Assembly (NCBI GenBank): GCA_040768745.1
Contig: JAXGMI010000002.1
Location: forward strand, 352,001-416,000
Direction: 5' to 3'
DNA from: Desulfomicrobium sp.
Lineage (GTDB): Bacteria > Desulfobacterota > Desulfovibrionia > Desulfovibrionales > Desulfomicrobiaceae
DNA: 64,000 nucleotides
Within the stretch, counting starts at the first letter, position 1. Each line of letters starts with the position of its first letter. The translations under genes and the position numbers were made by a program. Below, piece after piece: positions 51,983 to 61,795 of this stretch. The notes under the pieces were generated by a model. That model did no database searches. It was given only the letters and a program-made list of their open reading frames with translations, and was not told where the DNA came from.

Positions 51983-53725
51983 ATGAACCAGCAGTCCCTG
52001 TCCGCCTTCATCTGGTCCGTCGCCGACCTCCTGCGGGGCGACTACAAGCAGTCCGAATATGGCCGCGTCATCCTCCCCTTCACCGTCCTGCGTCGCCTCG
52101 ACTGCGTCCTGGCTCCCACGAAGCAAGCCGTCCTGGCGGAAATGGAGAACCGGCAGAAGCTGGGCATCAACCCGGAGCCGTTCCTGCTTCGGGCTTCTGG
52201 CCAGACATTCTTCAACACCTCATCCCTCGACATGAAGAAGCTCATGGGGGATCAGGATCATATCCGCGAGAACCTCTTCAGCTACGTCAGCTCGTTCTCG
52301 TCCTCCGTGCGTGATGTCTTCGAGCGCTTCGAGTTCCACGGACAGGTTGACCGCCTCGCTAAGTGCGGCCTGCTCTATCAGGTCACCGAGCGCTTCACCC
52401 AGATCGATCTTCACCCGGATCAGGTCACCAATCACCAGATGGGCCTCGTCTTCGAGGAACTGATCAGGAAGTTCGCGGAGCTTTCCAACGAGACCGCCGG
52501 TGAGCACTTCACCCCGCGTGAGGTCATACGGCTCATGGTCAACCTCATCTTCATCGAGGACGACGATGTCCTGTCCAAGCCCGGCGTGGTCCGCACCATC
52601 TACGACCCGACAGCAGGGACCGGGGGCATGCTGTCCATTGCAGGTGAATACCTCGAAGAGCACAACCCCAAGGCCCGGCTCACGGTCTATGGCCAGGAAT
52701 TGAACCCAGAGTCCTTCGCCATCTGCAAGGCGGACATGCTCATCAAGGGCCAGGACGTCTCCAACATCGTCTTCGGCAACACACTCTCGGATGACGGGCA
52801 CGGTGGAAAACATTTCGACTACATGCTGTCCAATCCGCCCTTCGGCGTGGAGTGGAAGAAGGTGGAGAAGGAGGTCCGTAAGGAGCACGAGAGCCAGGGC
52901 TTCAACGGGCGCTTCGGGCCGGGACTGCCCAGGATCTCCGACGGGTCCATGCTGTTCCTGCTCCACCTCATCAGCAAGATGCGTCCAGTGGCTGACGGCG
53001 GGAGCCGCTTTGGCATCGTCCTCAACGGTTCGCCCTTGTTCACTGGAGGAGCCGGGAGCGGGGAAAGCGAGATCCGCCGCTACGTGCTGGAGAACGATCT
53101 GCTTGAGGCCATCGTCGGCCTGCCCACGGACATGTTCTACAACACGGGCATCAGCACTTACGTGTGGATCGTCAGCAACAAGAAGCCGGAGCACCGCAAG
53201 GGCTTGGTCCAACTCATCGACGCTTCAGCCATGTGGCAGAAGATGAGGAAGAGCCTGGGGAACAAGCGCAAGGAACTCTCTGACGAGCACATTGCCGAGA
53301 TCACCCGCCTGTTCGGCCAGTTCGTCGAGGCCGAGGCCGACGGCAAGCCCATCAGCCGGATCTTCAAGAACACGGACTTCGGCTACCGGAGCATCACCGT
53401 GGAGCGCCCAGAGCGGGACGAGAAGGGCAAAATCGTCCTTGGTCAACGAGGCAAGATGAAGGGCAAGCCCATGGCGGACTCGAAGCTTCGGGACACCGAG
53501 AACGTGCCCTTGAATGAAGACGTGGAGGAGTACTTCAAACGGGAAGTCCTGCCCCATGCCCCGGATGCTTGGATCGAACATGACAAGACCAAGGTGGGCT
53601 ATGAGATCCCGTTCAATAGACACTTCTACGTCTTCACCCCGCCGCGTCCGTTGGCGGAGATCGACGCGGATCTGAAGCTGACCACGGATCGGATCAAGGC
53701 GATGATCGAGGGGCTGACGGCATGA
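51983..53725 (+). CDS. hsdM: Type I R-M methyltransferase
   Basis: [22 protein letters not shown]. Confidence 0.95.
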   Translation: MNQQSLSAFIWSVADLLRGDYKQSEYGRVILPFTVLRRLDCVLAPTKQAVLAEMENRQKLGINPEPFLLRASGQTFFNTSSLDMKKLMGDQDHIRENLFSYVSSFSSSVRDVFERFEFHGQVDRLAKCGLLYQVTERFTQIDLHPDQVTNHQMGLVFEELIRKFAELSNETAGEHFTPREVIRLMVNLIFIEDDDVLSKPGVVRTIYDPTAGTGGMLSIAGEYLEEHNPKARLTVYGQELNPESFAICKADMLIKGQDVSNIVFGNTLSDDGHGGKHFDYMLSNPPFGVEWKKVEKEVRKEHESQGFNGRFGPGLPRISDGSMLFLLHLISKMRPVADGGSRFGIVLNGSPLFTGGAGSGESEIRRYVLENDLLEAIVGLPTDMFYNTGISTYVWIVSNKKPEHRKGLVQLIDASAMWQKMRKSLGNKRKELSDEHIAEITRLFGQFVEAEADGKPISRIFKNTDFGYRSITVERPERDEKGKIVLGQRGKMKGKPMADSKLRDTENVPLNEDVEEYFKREVLPHAPDAWIEHDKTKVGYEIPFNRHFYVFTPPRPLAEIDADLKLTTDRIKAMIEGLTA

Positions 53726-55017
53726 GCTTCCCGAAGTACCCAGAGTACAAAGACAGCGGCGTGGAGTGGTTGGCAGAAGTGCCCCAAAATTGGGATGTAA
53801 AGCGACTTGGGTATTATTTCGTTGAACGACGGGAGAAAGTTAGTGATGTTGACTATGAGCCCCTGTCCGTCACCAAAATGGGAATCGTGCCACAGCTAGA
53901 AACAGCCGCAAAAACTGATGATAATGATAACCGTAAAAAAGTTTGCGCAGGTGACTTTGTCATAAATAGCAGATCAGATCGAAAAGGATCTTCAGGCCTT
54001 TCTGACAGAGATGGGTCAGTGTCTCTCATCAATACAGTTCTCTGCCCAAGAGAGGATATACTGGGAATTTTTGCTCATCATCTGTTTCGCAGCATCCCAT
54101 TCCAAGAAGAATTTTACAGGTACGGCAAAGGAATTGTTGCAGATCTTTGGAGCACCAACTATTCAGAGATGAAGTCTATTGTCCTTGCTATCCCTCCACT
54201 CCCAGAACAATCCGCCATCGCCACCGTCCTCGACCGCGAGACCGCCAAGATCGACGCATTGGTTGCCGAGCAGGAAAAACTGATCGAACTCCTGAAGGAG
54301 AAGCGGCAGGCGGTCATCTCCCACGCGGTGACCAAGGGCCTTGATCCGAATGTACCCATGAAGGACAGCGGCGTGGAGTGGTTGGGGGAAGTGCCGAGCC
54401 ATTGGGAAATAAAACGGATTAAGCACTTAGGCGAAGCCTTCAATGGGCTAACGTATAATCCATCAGAGATATCAGATGACTCGACTGGAACTTTAGTTCT
54501 TCGATCATCCAATGTTCAAAATGGAATTATCTCGCTAGAAGACAACGTATACGTTACAGCAAATATACCAGAGAAACTTCGTGTTAAAACTGGCGATATT
54601 TTGATTTGCTCTCGAAATGGCAGCAGAGCGCTTATTGGAAAAAATGCTATAATTAATGAAGACGTATCAGGGTCAACTTTCGGCGTATTCATGATGGTTT
54701 TTAGGAGCAAAATATACAGATATATCCGCTATATATTGAATTCAGAGCTATTTACATTTCAGTCATCAGCTTTTTTGACATCAACCATTAATCAGCTGAC
54801 AGTCCAAAATTTTAACGGATTTGAAGTTCCAGTGCCTCCTTCTGACGAACAATCGACCATTGCAACATTCCTCGACTACGAAACAGAAAGAATCGATGCC
54901 CTTGTAACCGAATCCCAACGAGCCATCGACCTCCTCAAAGAACGCCGAGCCGCCCTCATCTCCGCCGCTGTGACCGGCAAGATCGACGTGCGGGGACTAG
55001 TGGAAGCCACGCAGTAA
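53722..55017 (+). CDS. hsdS: Type I R-M specificity subunit
   Basis: Two KDSGVEWL repeats, PP..EQ..I linkers, AVTKG/AVTGK, two AT-rich TRDs. Confidence 0.95.
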   Translation: MSFPKYPEYKDSGVEWLAEVPQNWDVKRLGYYFVERREKVSDVDYEPLSVTKMGIVPQLETAAKTDDNDNRKKVCAGDFVINSRSDRKGSSGLSDRDGSVSLINTVLCPREDILGIFAHHLFRSIPFQEEFYRYGKGIVADLWSTNYSEMKSIVLAIPPLPEQSAIATVLDRETAKIDALVAEQEKLIELLKEKRQAVISHAVTKGLDPNVPMKDSGVEWLGEVPSHWEIKRIKHLGEAFNGLTYNPSEISDDSTGTLVLRSSNVQNGIISLEDNVYVTANIPEKLRVKTGDILICSRNGSRALIGKNAIINEDVSGSTFGVFMMVFRSKIYRYIRYILNSELFTFQSSAFLTSTINQLTVQNFNGFEVPVPPSDEQSTIATFLDYETERIDALVTESQRAIDLLKERRAALISAAVTGKIDVRGLVEATQ

Positions 55018-55032
55018 CGCCCCGGAGAAGCC

Positions 55033-58000
55033 ATGAGCCTGCACAAGGAAATCGAGTTCGAGAACGACATCTGCTCCCATCTGGCCGCTCATGGCTGGCT
55101 GTACGATCCGAACGACTGCCAAGCCTTCGACCGGCAACGGGCGCTGTTCCCGGCTGATGTCCTTGCGTGGATGAAGCAGACCCAGCCCAAGGCCTGGGAC
55201 GGGCTGACCAAGAGTCATGGCGCGGCGGCGGAAGCCGTTCTTCTCGACCGAATCCGCAAGCAGTTGGACGACCGGGGAACCCTCGATGTCATCCGCTTCG
55301 GCGTTGAACTCCTGGGCCTGCGTCAGCCCTTGAGCCTCGCCCAGTTCAAACCTGCCCTGGCCATGAACCCGGACCTTCAGGCCAAGTACGAGGCCAACCG
55401 GCTCCGGGTGGTGCGTCAGGTACGCTACTCCGTCCACAACGAGAACTGCCTGGATCTCGTACTGTTCCTGAACGGCATCCCCGTGGCCACGGTGGAACTG
55501 AAGACGGACTTCACCCAGTCGGTCTTCGATGCCGTTGATCAGTACCGCTTTGACCGCAACCCAAGACCCAAGGGCCAGGGAACGCCGGAACCGCTTCTCG
55601 ATTTCCCACGCGGCGCTCTGGTTCACTTCGCCGTGAGCAACTCCCTGGTCCGCATGACCACCAAGCTCCAGGGCGCGGCCACGACCTTCCTGCCCTTCGA
55701 CCGTGGCAACAACAAGGCGGCAGGAAACCCGGTCAACCCAGACGGCCACGCCACGTCCTACCTGTGGGAAGAGGTCTGGGAGCGGGAAAGCTGGCTGGAG
55801 ATCCTGGGCCGCTACATCGTGGCCATGCGTGACCCCAAGAAGCGGATCGAGAAGATCATCTTCCCCCGCTACCACCAACTCGGTGCCACGCGGAAACTGG
55901 TCCGCACCGTGCTGGAGGAAGGGCCAGGACAGAAGTATTTGATCCAGCACTCGGCAGGATCGGGGAAGACTAACTCCATCGCATGGTCCGCCCATTTCCT
56001 GGCCGACCTCCACGATGCCAACCACAAGAAGATCTTCGACTCGGTCCTCGTGGTCAGCGACCGGACGGTCCTTGATGCCCAGCTTCAGGAGGCCATCTTC
56101 GCCTTCGAGCGAACCACGGGCGTGGTGGCCACCATCACCGGAGAGCACCAGAGCAAGAGCGGTGAACTGGCCAAGGCCTTGTCCGGCGGCAAGAAGATCG
56201 TGGTCTGCACCATCCAGACCTTCCCGTTCGCCATCAAGGCCGTGCAGGAGCTGGCCGCGACCCAAGGAAAGACCTTTGCCGTCATCGCCGACGAGGCCCA
56301 CAGCTCCCAGACCGGGGAAGCGGCGGCCAAGCTCAAGCAGGTGCTGTCAGCCGAGGAACTCAAGGAGCTTGCAGACGGCGGGGAGTTCAGCACCGAGGAC
56401 CTGCTGGCCGCACAGATGGCCGCTAGGGCACGGGAGGACGGCATCACCTACGTGGCCTTCACGGCAACGCCCAAGGCCAAGACCCTGGAACTTTTCGGAC
56501 GCCTTCCTGACCCTACCCGCCCAGCTTCGGACGACAACGCCCCGGAACCCTTCCACGTCTACAGCATGCGCCAAGCCATCGAGGAAGGTTTCATCCTCGA
56601 CGTGCTCAAGAACTACACCTCGTACAAGCTGGCCTTCCGCCTCTCCCACAACGGGAAGGACATGGACGACAAGGAGGTGGACCGCAGCGAGGCCATGAAG
56701 GACATCATGCACTGGGTCCGGCTCCATCCGTACAACATCAGCCAAAAGGTCAAGATCGTCGTCGAACATTTCCGAAAGAACGTCGCCCCACTGCTCGAAG
56801 GCAAGGCCAAGGCCATGGTTGTCACGGCCAGCCGTGCGGAGGTGGTGCGCTGGCAACTTGCTACCAACAAGTACATCAAGGAGCAGGGCTACAAGATCGG
56901 GGCGCTGGTGGCCTTCTCCGGCGAGGTGAAGGATGATGAGCTGGGACCGGATGGATTCACCGAGACGAGCAAGACCTTGAACCCCACCCTGAACGGACGG
57001 GACATCAGGGAAGCCTTCGGGACCGAGGAGTACCAGCTTCTGCTCGTGGCCAACAAGTTCCAGACCGGCTTCGACCAGCCCTTGCTCTGCGGCATGTACG
57101 TGGACAAGCGCCTTGCCGGAATCCAGGCCGTGCAGACCCTCTCCCGCCTCAACCGCCGCCACCGGGGTAAGGACACCACCTACATCCTCGACTTCGTGAA
57201 CGAGCCGGAAGAGATCCTGGCCGCGTTCAAGACCTACTACGAAACGGCGGAACTGGAGGGCGTGACCGACCCGAACCTCGTCTTCGACCTTCGGGCCAAG
57301 CTCGATTCCCAAGGCTTCTACGACGACAACGAGGTGAACCGGGTGGTCAATGCCGAAATGGACCCAGGGTCCACCCAGAAGGATCTTGCCGCCGCCATAG
57401 CCCCCGTGGCTGACCGTCTGCTCCGCCGCTACAAGGAGCTTCAGAAGGCCATGAAGGCGGCACAAGCCATCAAAGACCATAAGGCTGAAAAGGACGCCCT
57501 GGACGAGAAGAACGCCCTGGAGCTGTTCAAGCGGAACATGGGAGCCTTCAAGCGGGTCTATTCCTTCCTGTCCCAGATCTTCAACTACGAGAACACGGAC
57601 ATCGAGAAGCGCTCCATCTTCTACAGGAGGCTCCTGCCCCTGCTGGAGTTCGGACGGGAGCGGGACGAGATTGATCTGTCAGGGGTCGTGCTCACCCACC
57701 ACCAGCTCAAGAACAAAGGGAAGCGGGATCTGCCCATTGGCGTCGGAGACCCCGACAAGTTGCAACCCATGACGGACCCAGGGAGCGGCGAGGTCAGGGA
57801 CAAGCAGAAGGCGCTCCTGGCCGAGATCATCTCCAAGGTGAACGACCTGTTCGAGGGTGAGCTGACGGACGACGACAAGCTGATCTACGTGAACAACGTC
57901 ATCAAGGGAAAGCTCATGGAGTCGGAGATCCTGGCCGAGCAGGCGGCGAACAACACGAAGGAACAGTTCGCCAACTCACCGGATCTGGCCAACGAGATTT

Positions 58001-58155
58001 TAAGCGCCATCATGAACGCCCTGGAGGCGCACACGGCCATGAGCAAGCAGGCCCTGGAGTCCGAGAAGGTCCGCCATGGGTTGAGGGATATTTTGCTGGA
58101 TCATGCGGGGTTATATGAGGACTTGAGGAGCAAGGCAGGAGCTGGGTATTATTAA
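55033..58155 (+). CDS. hsdR: Type I R-M endonuclease/translocase
   Basis: DLVLFLNGIPVATVELK, HSAGSGKT, DEAH, TATP, QTLSRLNR. Confidence 0.95.
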   Translation: MSLHKEIEFENDICSHLAAHGWLYDPNDCQAFDRQRALFPADVLAWMKQTQPKAWDGLTKSHGAAAEAVLLDRIRKQLDDRGTLDVIRFGVELLGLRQPLSLAQFKPALAMNPDLQAKYEANRLRVVRQVRYSVHNENCLDLVLFLNGIPVATVELKTDFTQSVFDAVDQYRFDRNPRPKGQGTPEPLLDFPRGALVHFAVSNSLVRMTTKLQGAATTFLPFDRGNNKAAGNPVNPDGHATSYLWEEVWERESWLEILGRYIVAMRDPKKRIEKIIFPRYHQLGATRKLVRTVLEEGPGQKYLIQHSAGSGKTNSIAWSAHFLADLHDANHKKIFDSVLVVSDRTVLDAQLQEAIFAFERTTGVVATITGEHQSKSGELAKALSGGKKIVVCTIQTFPFAIKAVQELAATQGKTFAVIADEAHSSQTGEAAAKLKQVLSAEELKELADGGEFSTEDLLAAQMAARAREDGITYVAFTATPKAKTLELFGRLPDPTRPASDDNAPEPFHVYSMRQAIEEGFILDVLKNYTSYKLAFRLSHNGKDMDDKEVDRSEAMKDIMHWVRLHPYNISQKVKIVVEHFRKNVAPLLEGKAKAMVVTASRAEVVRWQLATNKYIKEQGYKIGALVAFSGEVKDDELGPDGFTETSKTLNPTLNGRDIREAFGTEEYQLLLVANKFQTGFDQPLLCGMYVDKRLAGIQAVQTLSRLNRRHRGKDTTYILDFVNEPEEILAAFKTYYETAELEGVTDPNLVFDLRAKLDSQGFYDDNEVNRVVNAEMDPGSTQKDLAAAIAPVADRLLRRYKELQKAMKAAQAIKDHKAEKDALDEKNALELFKRNMGAFKRVYSFLSQIFNYENTDIEKRSIFYRRLLPLLEFGRERDEIDLSGVVLTHHQLKNKGKRDLPIGVGDPDKLQPMTDPGSGEVRDKQKALLAEIISKVNDLFEGELTDDDKLIYVNNVIKGKLMESEILAEQAANNTKEQFANSPDLANEILSAIMNALEAHTAMSKQALESEKVRHGLRDILLDHAGLYEDLRSKAGAGYY

Positions 58156-58252
58156 TCCGAGCTCTAACTTGTTAACATTTTGTCGCCGCCCCTCCGACCA
58201 GCAAGCGTTAGCGGGTAAGTGGCGTTAACTATTTCTTCGTCGGAGTAATACC

Positions 58253-58516
58253 TCAAAGGCCAGGTCGGCGACTCCATAAATTTTCAAGTAATCGCCTGCA
58301 CTCCCGCAGTAGCGCGTTCAATTCCTTGCGCTTGGCGATAGCCTCTTTCGTGTAAAATCCGGCCCTGTATCGCCCGTGTGCCGCGCCGGATAGGGACCGG
58401 CCACCATGAAGCCTACACCTGCCGTTGCGCATCGCAGGGGCCTTGCAGGGGCTTCCTGTGCGTGTCCTGGCTCCGCACCTTGGAGCGTTGTGCATGGGGT
58501 AACTGTCATCGCCCAT
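58253..58516 (-). CDS. HGGxSTG-domain protein
   Basis: RCGARTRTGSPCKAPAMRNGRCRLHGGRS..G.Y. Confidence 0.8.
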   Translation of the reverse strand: MGDDSYPMHNAPRCGARTRTGSPCKAPAMRNGRCRLHGGRSLSGAAHGRYRAGFYTKEAIAKRKELNALLRECRRLLENLWSRRPGL

Positions 58517-59078
58517 TGACTCCCCCTCCCCCGCCCTGGACGTTGCCAACGATGGCCTGCCCGCCCGCCTCCACGGTGACGTGCTCCACGGTGACGTGCT
58601 GCCGTCCACCCGTGCGCAGTTTGTTCAGCAGTTCGATTTGACGCGCCTGGACGCTCATAAACTGGCACGCCAGGTTCATGCTCTTGCGCCGGTGGTTCAC
58701 GTCGTTCGATTTGTACGTCCCGATAGCCAAGCAAGCGGATGCGGCCATGTCCGCCGCAATGAGCTGTTGAATCAGCAGGCGCTCAACTGCATTTTTCGGG
58801 GCCAGCTCAACCAACAAACGCAACGCCAGGTTGCGCTGCCGGTCTGCATCCTCCCCCTCGTATGGATTGCATGAAGCAGCAGAATTGACAGCGCCGGACA
58901 GCACAAGCGTGTCATCGGTGCACAGGGCCGCAAGCATCGAATCACGCTGTTCGGGCGTCACTGTCACCGTGCCACCCTCGTATTTCGGAAGGGCCGCGCG
59001 CCGTTTCCGCTCGGTCATCACCGCCGGGGCGTGCTGCATTTGCGCTGCATTTTCAGCGGCGCTTTTAGGCTTGGGCAT
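58506..59078 (-). CDS. Hypothetical helical protein coupled to the HGGxSTG gene
   Basis: PKNAVERLL..Q, C-terminal QHVTVEHVTVEAGGQAIVGNV; GGAGG 6 nt before ATG. Confidence 0.75.
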   Translation of the reverse strand: MPKPKSAAENAAQMQHAPAVMTERKRRAALPKYEGGTVTVTPEQRDSMLAALCTDDTLVLSGAVNSAASCNPYEGEDADRQRNLALRLLVELAPKNAVERLLIQQLIAADMAASACLAIGTYKSNDVNHRRKSMNLACQFMSVQARQIELLNKLRTGGRQHVTVEHVTVEAGGQAIVGNVQGGGGGVNGR

Positions 59079-59214
59079 CGTCATCCTCCCACAGGTCCAG
59101 CTCCGGCCATTCGATTTTGTCCAGGTCGAGGTCGGCGAGGTCGAGGTCGGCGAGTTCGCCAAACTCAATGTTCAGCGCATCTTCAAGGGCATCGTCCAGC
59201 CACGTTTTAGGCAT
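59065..59214 (-). CDS. 49-aa highly acidic protein (absent from ORF track)
   Basis: MPKTWLDDALEDALNIEFGELADLDLADLDLDKIEWPELDLWEDDDAQA; GGAGG RBS; overlaps both neighbours. Confidence 0.72.
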   Translation of the reverse strand: MPKTWLDDALEDALNIEFGELADLDLADLDLDKIEWPELDLWEDDDAQA

Positions 59215-59413
59215 TGACTTCCACCTCCACCTGCCCGGGTTCTCCGTAAGCCCTCGCTCCGGTCTGGTCCCAGAACGTCAAGTACCTCTGCCCACAGGCT
59301 CGGCATTGGTGGCGTTGCTGTGTGCATCCTGGGCAAAGTCCTTGCGGGCCTTTGACCCGCAACGTGTCAGGGCTTCCGCAGGTCGGACATAGTGTTGAGT
59401 AGGGTTCCAGCAT
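59207..59413 (-). CDS. Zinc-finger protein, Ogr/Delta-like
   Basis: CPTCG..RHQCRACGQRYLTFW; GGAGG RBS. Confidence 0.65.
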   Translation of the reverse strand: MLEPYSTLCPTCGSPDTLRVKGPQGLCPGCTQQRHQCRACGQRYLTFWDQTGARAYGEPGQVEVEVNA

Positions 59414-59910
59414 CAGCGCCTCCGTTTTCGTCCAAAACATACTGGAATCGGCATTTTATGGACAAGATCTCCAAGGTCAGATCATCGCGGGCCTGTACTC
59501 GGTCACACAAAATTGAAAAGGCCACCCTAAAAAGTTCCCCCAATTTTGGCAGCGCAAAAGTTTTGGGCCACCACCGGTCTGCGGGTCGAAGATCCAGACT
59601 TTCGGCCCCCCCCTGTCCCGGGCGCGGACTGGTCGGATCTGTCCAGTCCGGCAAGCTCGTCCTCGATGCGGTCCAATCGTTCGGGTAGGGTCGGTGTGTG
59701 CATGCTTCACCTGTCGAGAAATAGAAAAGATAAAAAACACGCGGACGGCGTGAGAGCCGCAGGGTCTCGCGCTAGCTCGTTCGAATACTTTTTCTAATAC
59801 TGGATAAATACTAGTTCCTGGGGAATTATTGCCACTTTTTGGATGCGTTAAATTGACCACGTTGCCACCCTGTAACGGGTAATAAATGCTCATCATGGGT
59901 AAATATTGCA

Positions 59911-60768
59911 TCATGTAATTTTCAATCTTGAGTTGAGATACCCTGTCGTTTTGGTGTTAAATCCCCATCCGTCCTTGAAGTTTACACGCCAATATTCCGG
60001 CGCGTACTCTTCTCTTGATATGACAGTCATGTTGGAACTGCTCAAAAAGTCCACTGCGGTGGCGTAACTCCTCCGGCCAATACCTGCGAAGCGGATCAGC
60101 TCTTCCCGGTCTGCCGCGCACCAGTCACATTTCCTAAAAGCGTACCATGTGCGCCATTCATCTGAATCAACTTGAATCCATTCACCATCTGGCTCTAAGT
60201 CTGGCCTCGGCTTCGCAAAGATACGCATCACCGGATAGAGCGCCTGAGTCACAGGATGATCACCCATGACCGACCAGTAGCCGCCTAGAAAAAGGGATGC
60301 GTGCAGCGGGACATAGAAGTCGTCATGCGGGAGCTGAAGATGGTAAATCGTGAGAGGTCGGCCCGCTGTCGTGGTGGCCTTTCGTGTCGAGATGAGCCCG
60401 GCATCTTCGAGGACACGCACCCCCTTGCGGACAGTCTTGCGGCTGTTGATGCCGGACAGGGCGCAAATGACCTCCTGGCTCGGCCAGCATTTATGGTCCC
60501 GATTCTCAAAATGCATCAGGACAGGCAGGACCGACTTGGCAACCAAGGGCAGGGCCGCCCAAATTCCTGGGGCGTCGATCAGCCCGTCAGCCGAAACCTT
60601 GAAAATCAATGACCTTGGAAATTGACAGAATCGACCCACTGCCGACTGATCAAGGATTTTCCACCGGTAGCTGAAGCCAGGGTCAAGGGTATCGACAGCG
60701 GGCAGCGGCGGCGCAGCCTTCTGCTTTTGTACCGGCTTTTTGGCGGAGCTTTTCTTGACGGCGCTCAT
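59911..60768 (-). CDS. Winged-helix protein, putative replication initiator
   Basis: CWPSQEVICALSGINSRKTVRKGVRVLEDAGLI plus a second similar module. Confidence 0.65.
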   Translation of the reverse strand: MSAVKKSSAKKPVQKQKAAPPLPAVDTLDPGFSYRWKILDQSAVGRFCQFPRSLIFKVSADGLIDAPGIWAALPLVAKSVLPVLMHFENRDHKCWPSQEVICALSGINSRKTVRKGVRVLEDAGLISTRKATTTAGRPLTIYHLQLPHDDFYVPLHASLFLGGYWSVMGDHPVTQALYPVMRIFAKPRPDLEPDGEWIQVDSDEWRTWYAFRKCDWCAADREELIRFAGIGRRSYATAVDFLSSSNMTVISREEYAPEYWRVNFKDGWGFNTKTTGYLNSRLKIT

Positions 60769-60896
60769 GAGCCACCCCGACAGTAAAAACCTTGACAGTC
60801 AAAGCAAATTGGCCGAAAAGATTCCTGCGGATCTGGATCACCTCCGCGCACGCCCTTGAAGCCCGGCCCGCCAGCCGGGTTTTCTATTTGCAACAT
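60765..60896 (-). CDS. 43-aa ORF coupled to rep (absent from ORF track)
   Basis: GGAGGT RBS; ATGA overlap with rep; MLQIENPAGGPGFK..CFDC..C. Confidence 0.5.
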   Translation of the reverse strand: MLQIENPAGGPGFKGVRGGDPDPQESFRPICFDCQGFYCRGGS

Positions 60897-60905
60897 GGCC
60901 ACCTC

Positions 60906-61091
60906 CTACGCCACAGGCTCAACGATTCGCCCTTCAGCAAATGCCTGTAGATCTTCCATGCTGTACCTGACAGATCGTCCTAACTTCCGATAACGAGGCG
61001 GCTTGCATTGAAACCTCCAAGCCTGGAGAGTCTTCACGCTCATGGACAACAATTCCGCAGCCTGCTTTTCCGTCAACAAACGTTCTTTCAT
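60906..61091 (-). CDS. Excisionase/AlpA-like HTH protein
   Basis: LLTEKQAAELLSMSVKTLQAWR..P.YRKLGRSVRY..DL. Confidence 0.88.
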   Translation of the reverse strand: MKERLLTEKQAAELLSMSVKTLQAWRFQCKPPRYRKLGRSVRYSMEDLQAFAEGRIVEPVA

Positions 61092-61216
61092 ATTTCAAGC
61101 TCCAAAAGAAAAAAGCCGTATGCTACGAGATTGCAGCACACGGCATCAAAATATTAATGGCCCAGCGGTAAAACTATGCAGCTATTTATTTAATAGCTGC
61201 GCAAAGGCAAGCACCT

Positions 61217-61738
61217 TTATTTTTTGATATTTTTTTCAATAAACAACTTACATACATCTATGCCTTGCTCAAAACTCACTGCTTCGGGTGGTAATCCTTG
61301 TTGAGCCCATTCAACCACTTTGCGCATAGGACCACCAGTGAACTTTTCCAACGTCCTTTCACAGCACCCCAGGGTGTTGCAGGCTTCGCCTTTAGCTTCT
61401 GTCACATCTCTTGGCCCTCCTGGTTGGCCAATGCGAGAAAGAATCTTTCCGTATGCTTGGGACATTTCTAGGGCCTTCACCCAATTGGAGTAAACGTCCT
61501 GTTTCGGCCCTGACCGCATTGATTGCGCTCCAGGGTCGATGAAGTGTGCAAGGGCTTGGCATGTAGCGACGTCAACCGGATCTTCCATCTCGCGCAGAAG
61601 CCTTGCTATCTCAGATCCTGCATGCTTACTGCGCTGCTCGCAATGCGCACGAATCCATAAACATCTCGACATATGGCGCACCCATTGAGGGAATCCGCTT
61701 AAGTCAGCCTGCGAAAAAATCCGATCTCCGCTTCCCAT
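61217..61738 (-). CDS. Hypothetical protein, possible C-terminal HTH
   Basis: GAGG RBS; lies between int and xis; EACNTLGCCERTLEK. Confidence 0.55.
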   Translation of the reverse strand: MGSGDRIFSQADLSGFPQWVRHMSRCLWIRAHCEQRSKHAGSEIARLLREMEDPVDVATCQALAHFIDPGAQSMRSGPKQDVYSNWVKALEMSQAYGKILSRIGQPGGPRDVTEAKGEACNTLGCCERTLEKFTGGPMRKVVEWAQQGLPPEAVSFEQGIDVCKLFIEKNIKK

Positions 61739-61795
61739 CAAGCCACCTCTCGCTTGGCCCGTTTCCCGACCAGCACCGTGCTGGTCGGATGAAAT

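Noticed and set aside
59477..59914. 145-aa ORF downstream of rep
   Set aside because: It overlaps the rep stop but has no convincing RBS or motif and crosses the cos/ori-like DNA; treated as non-coding, not excluded.
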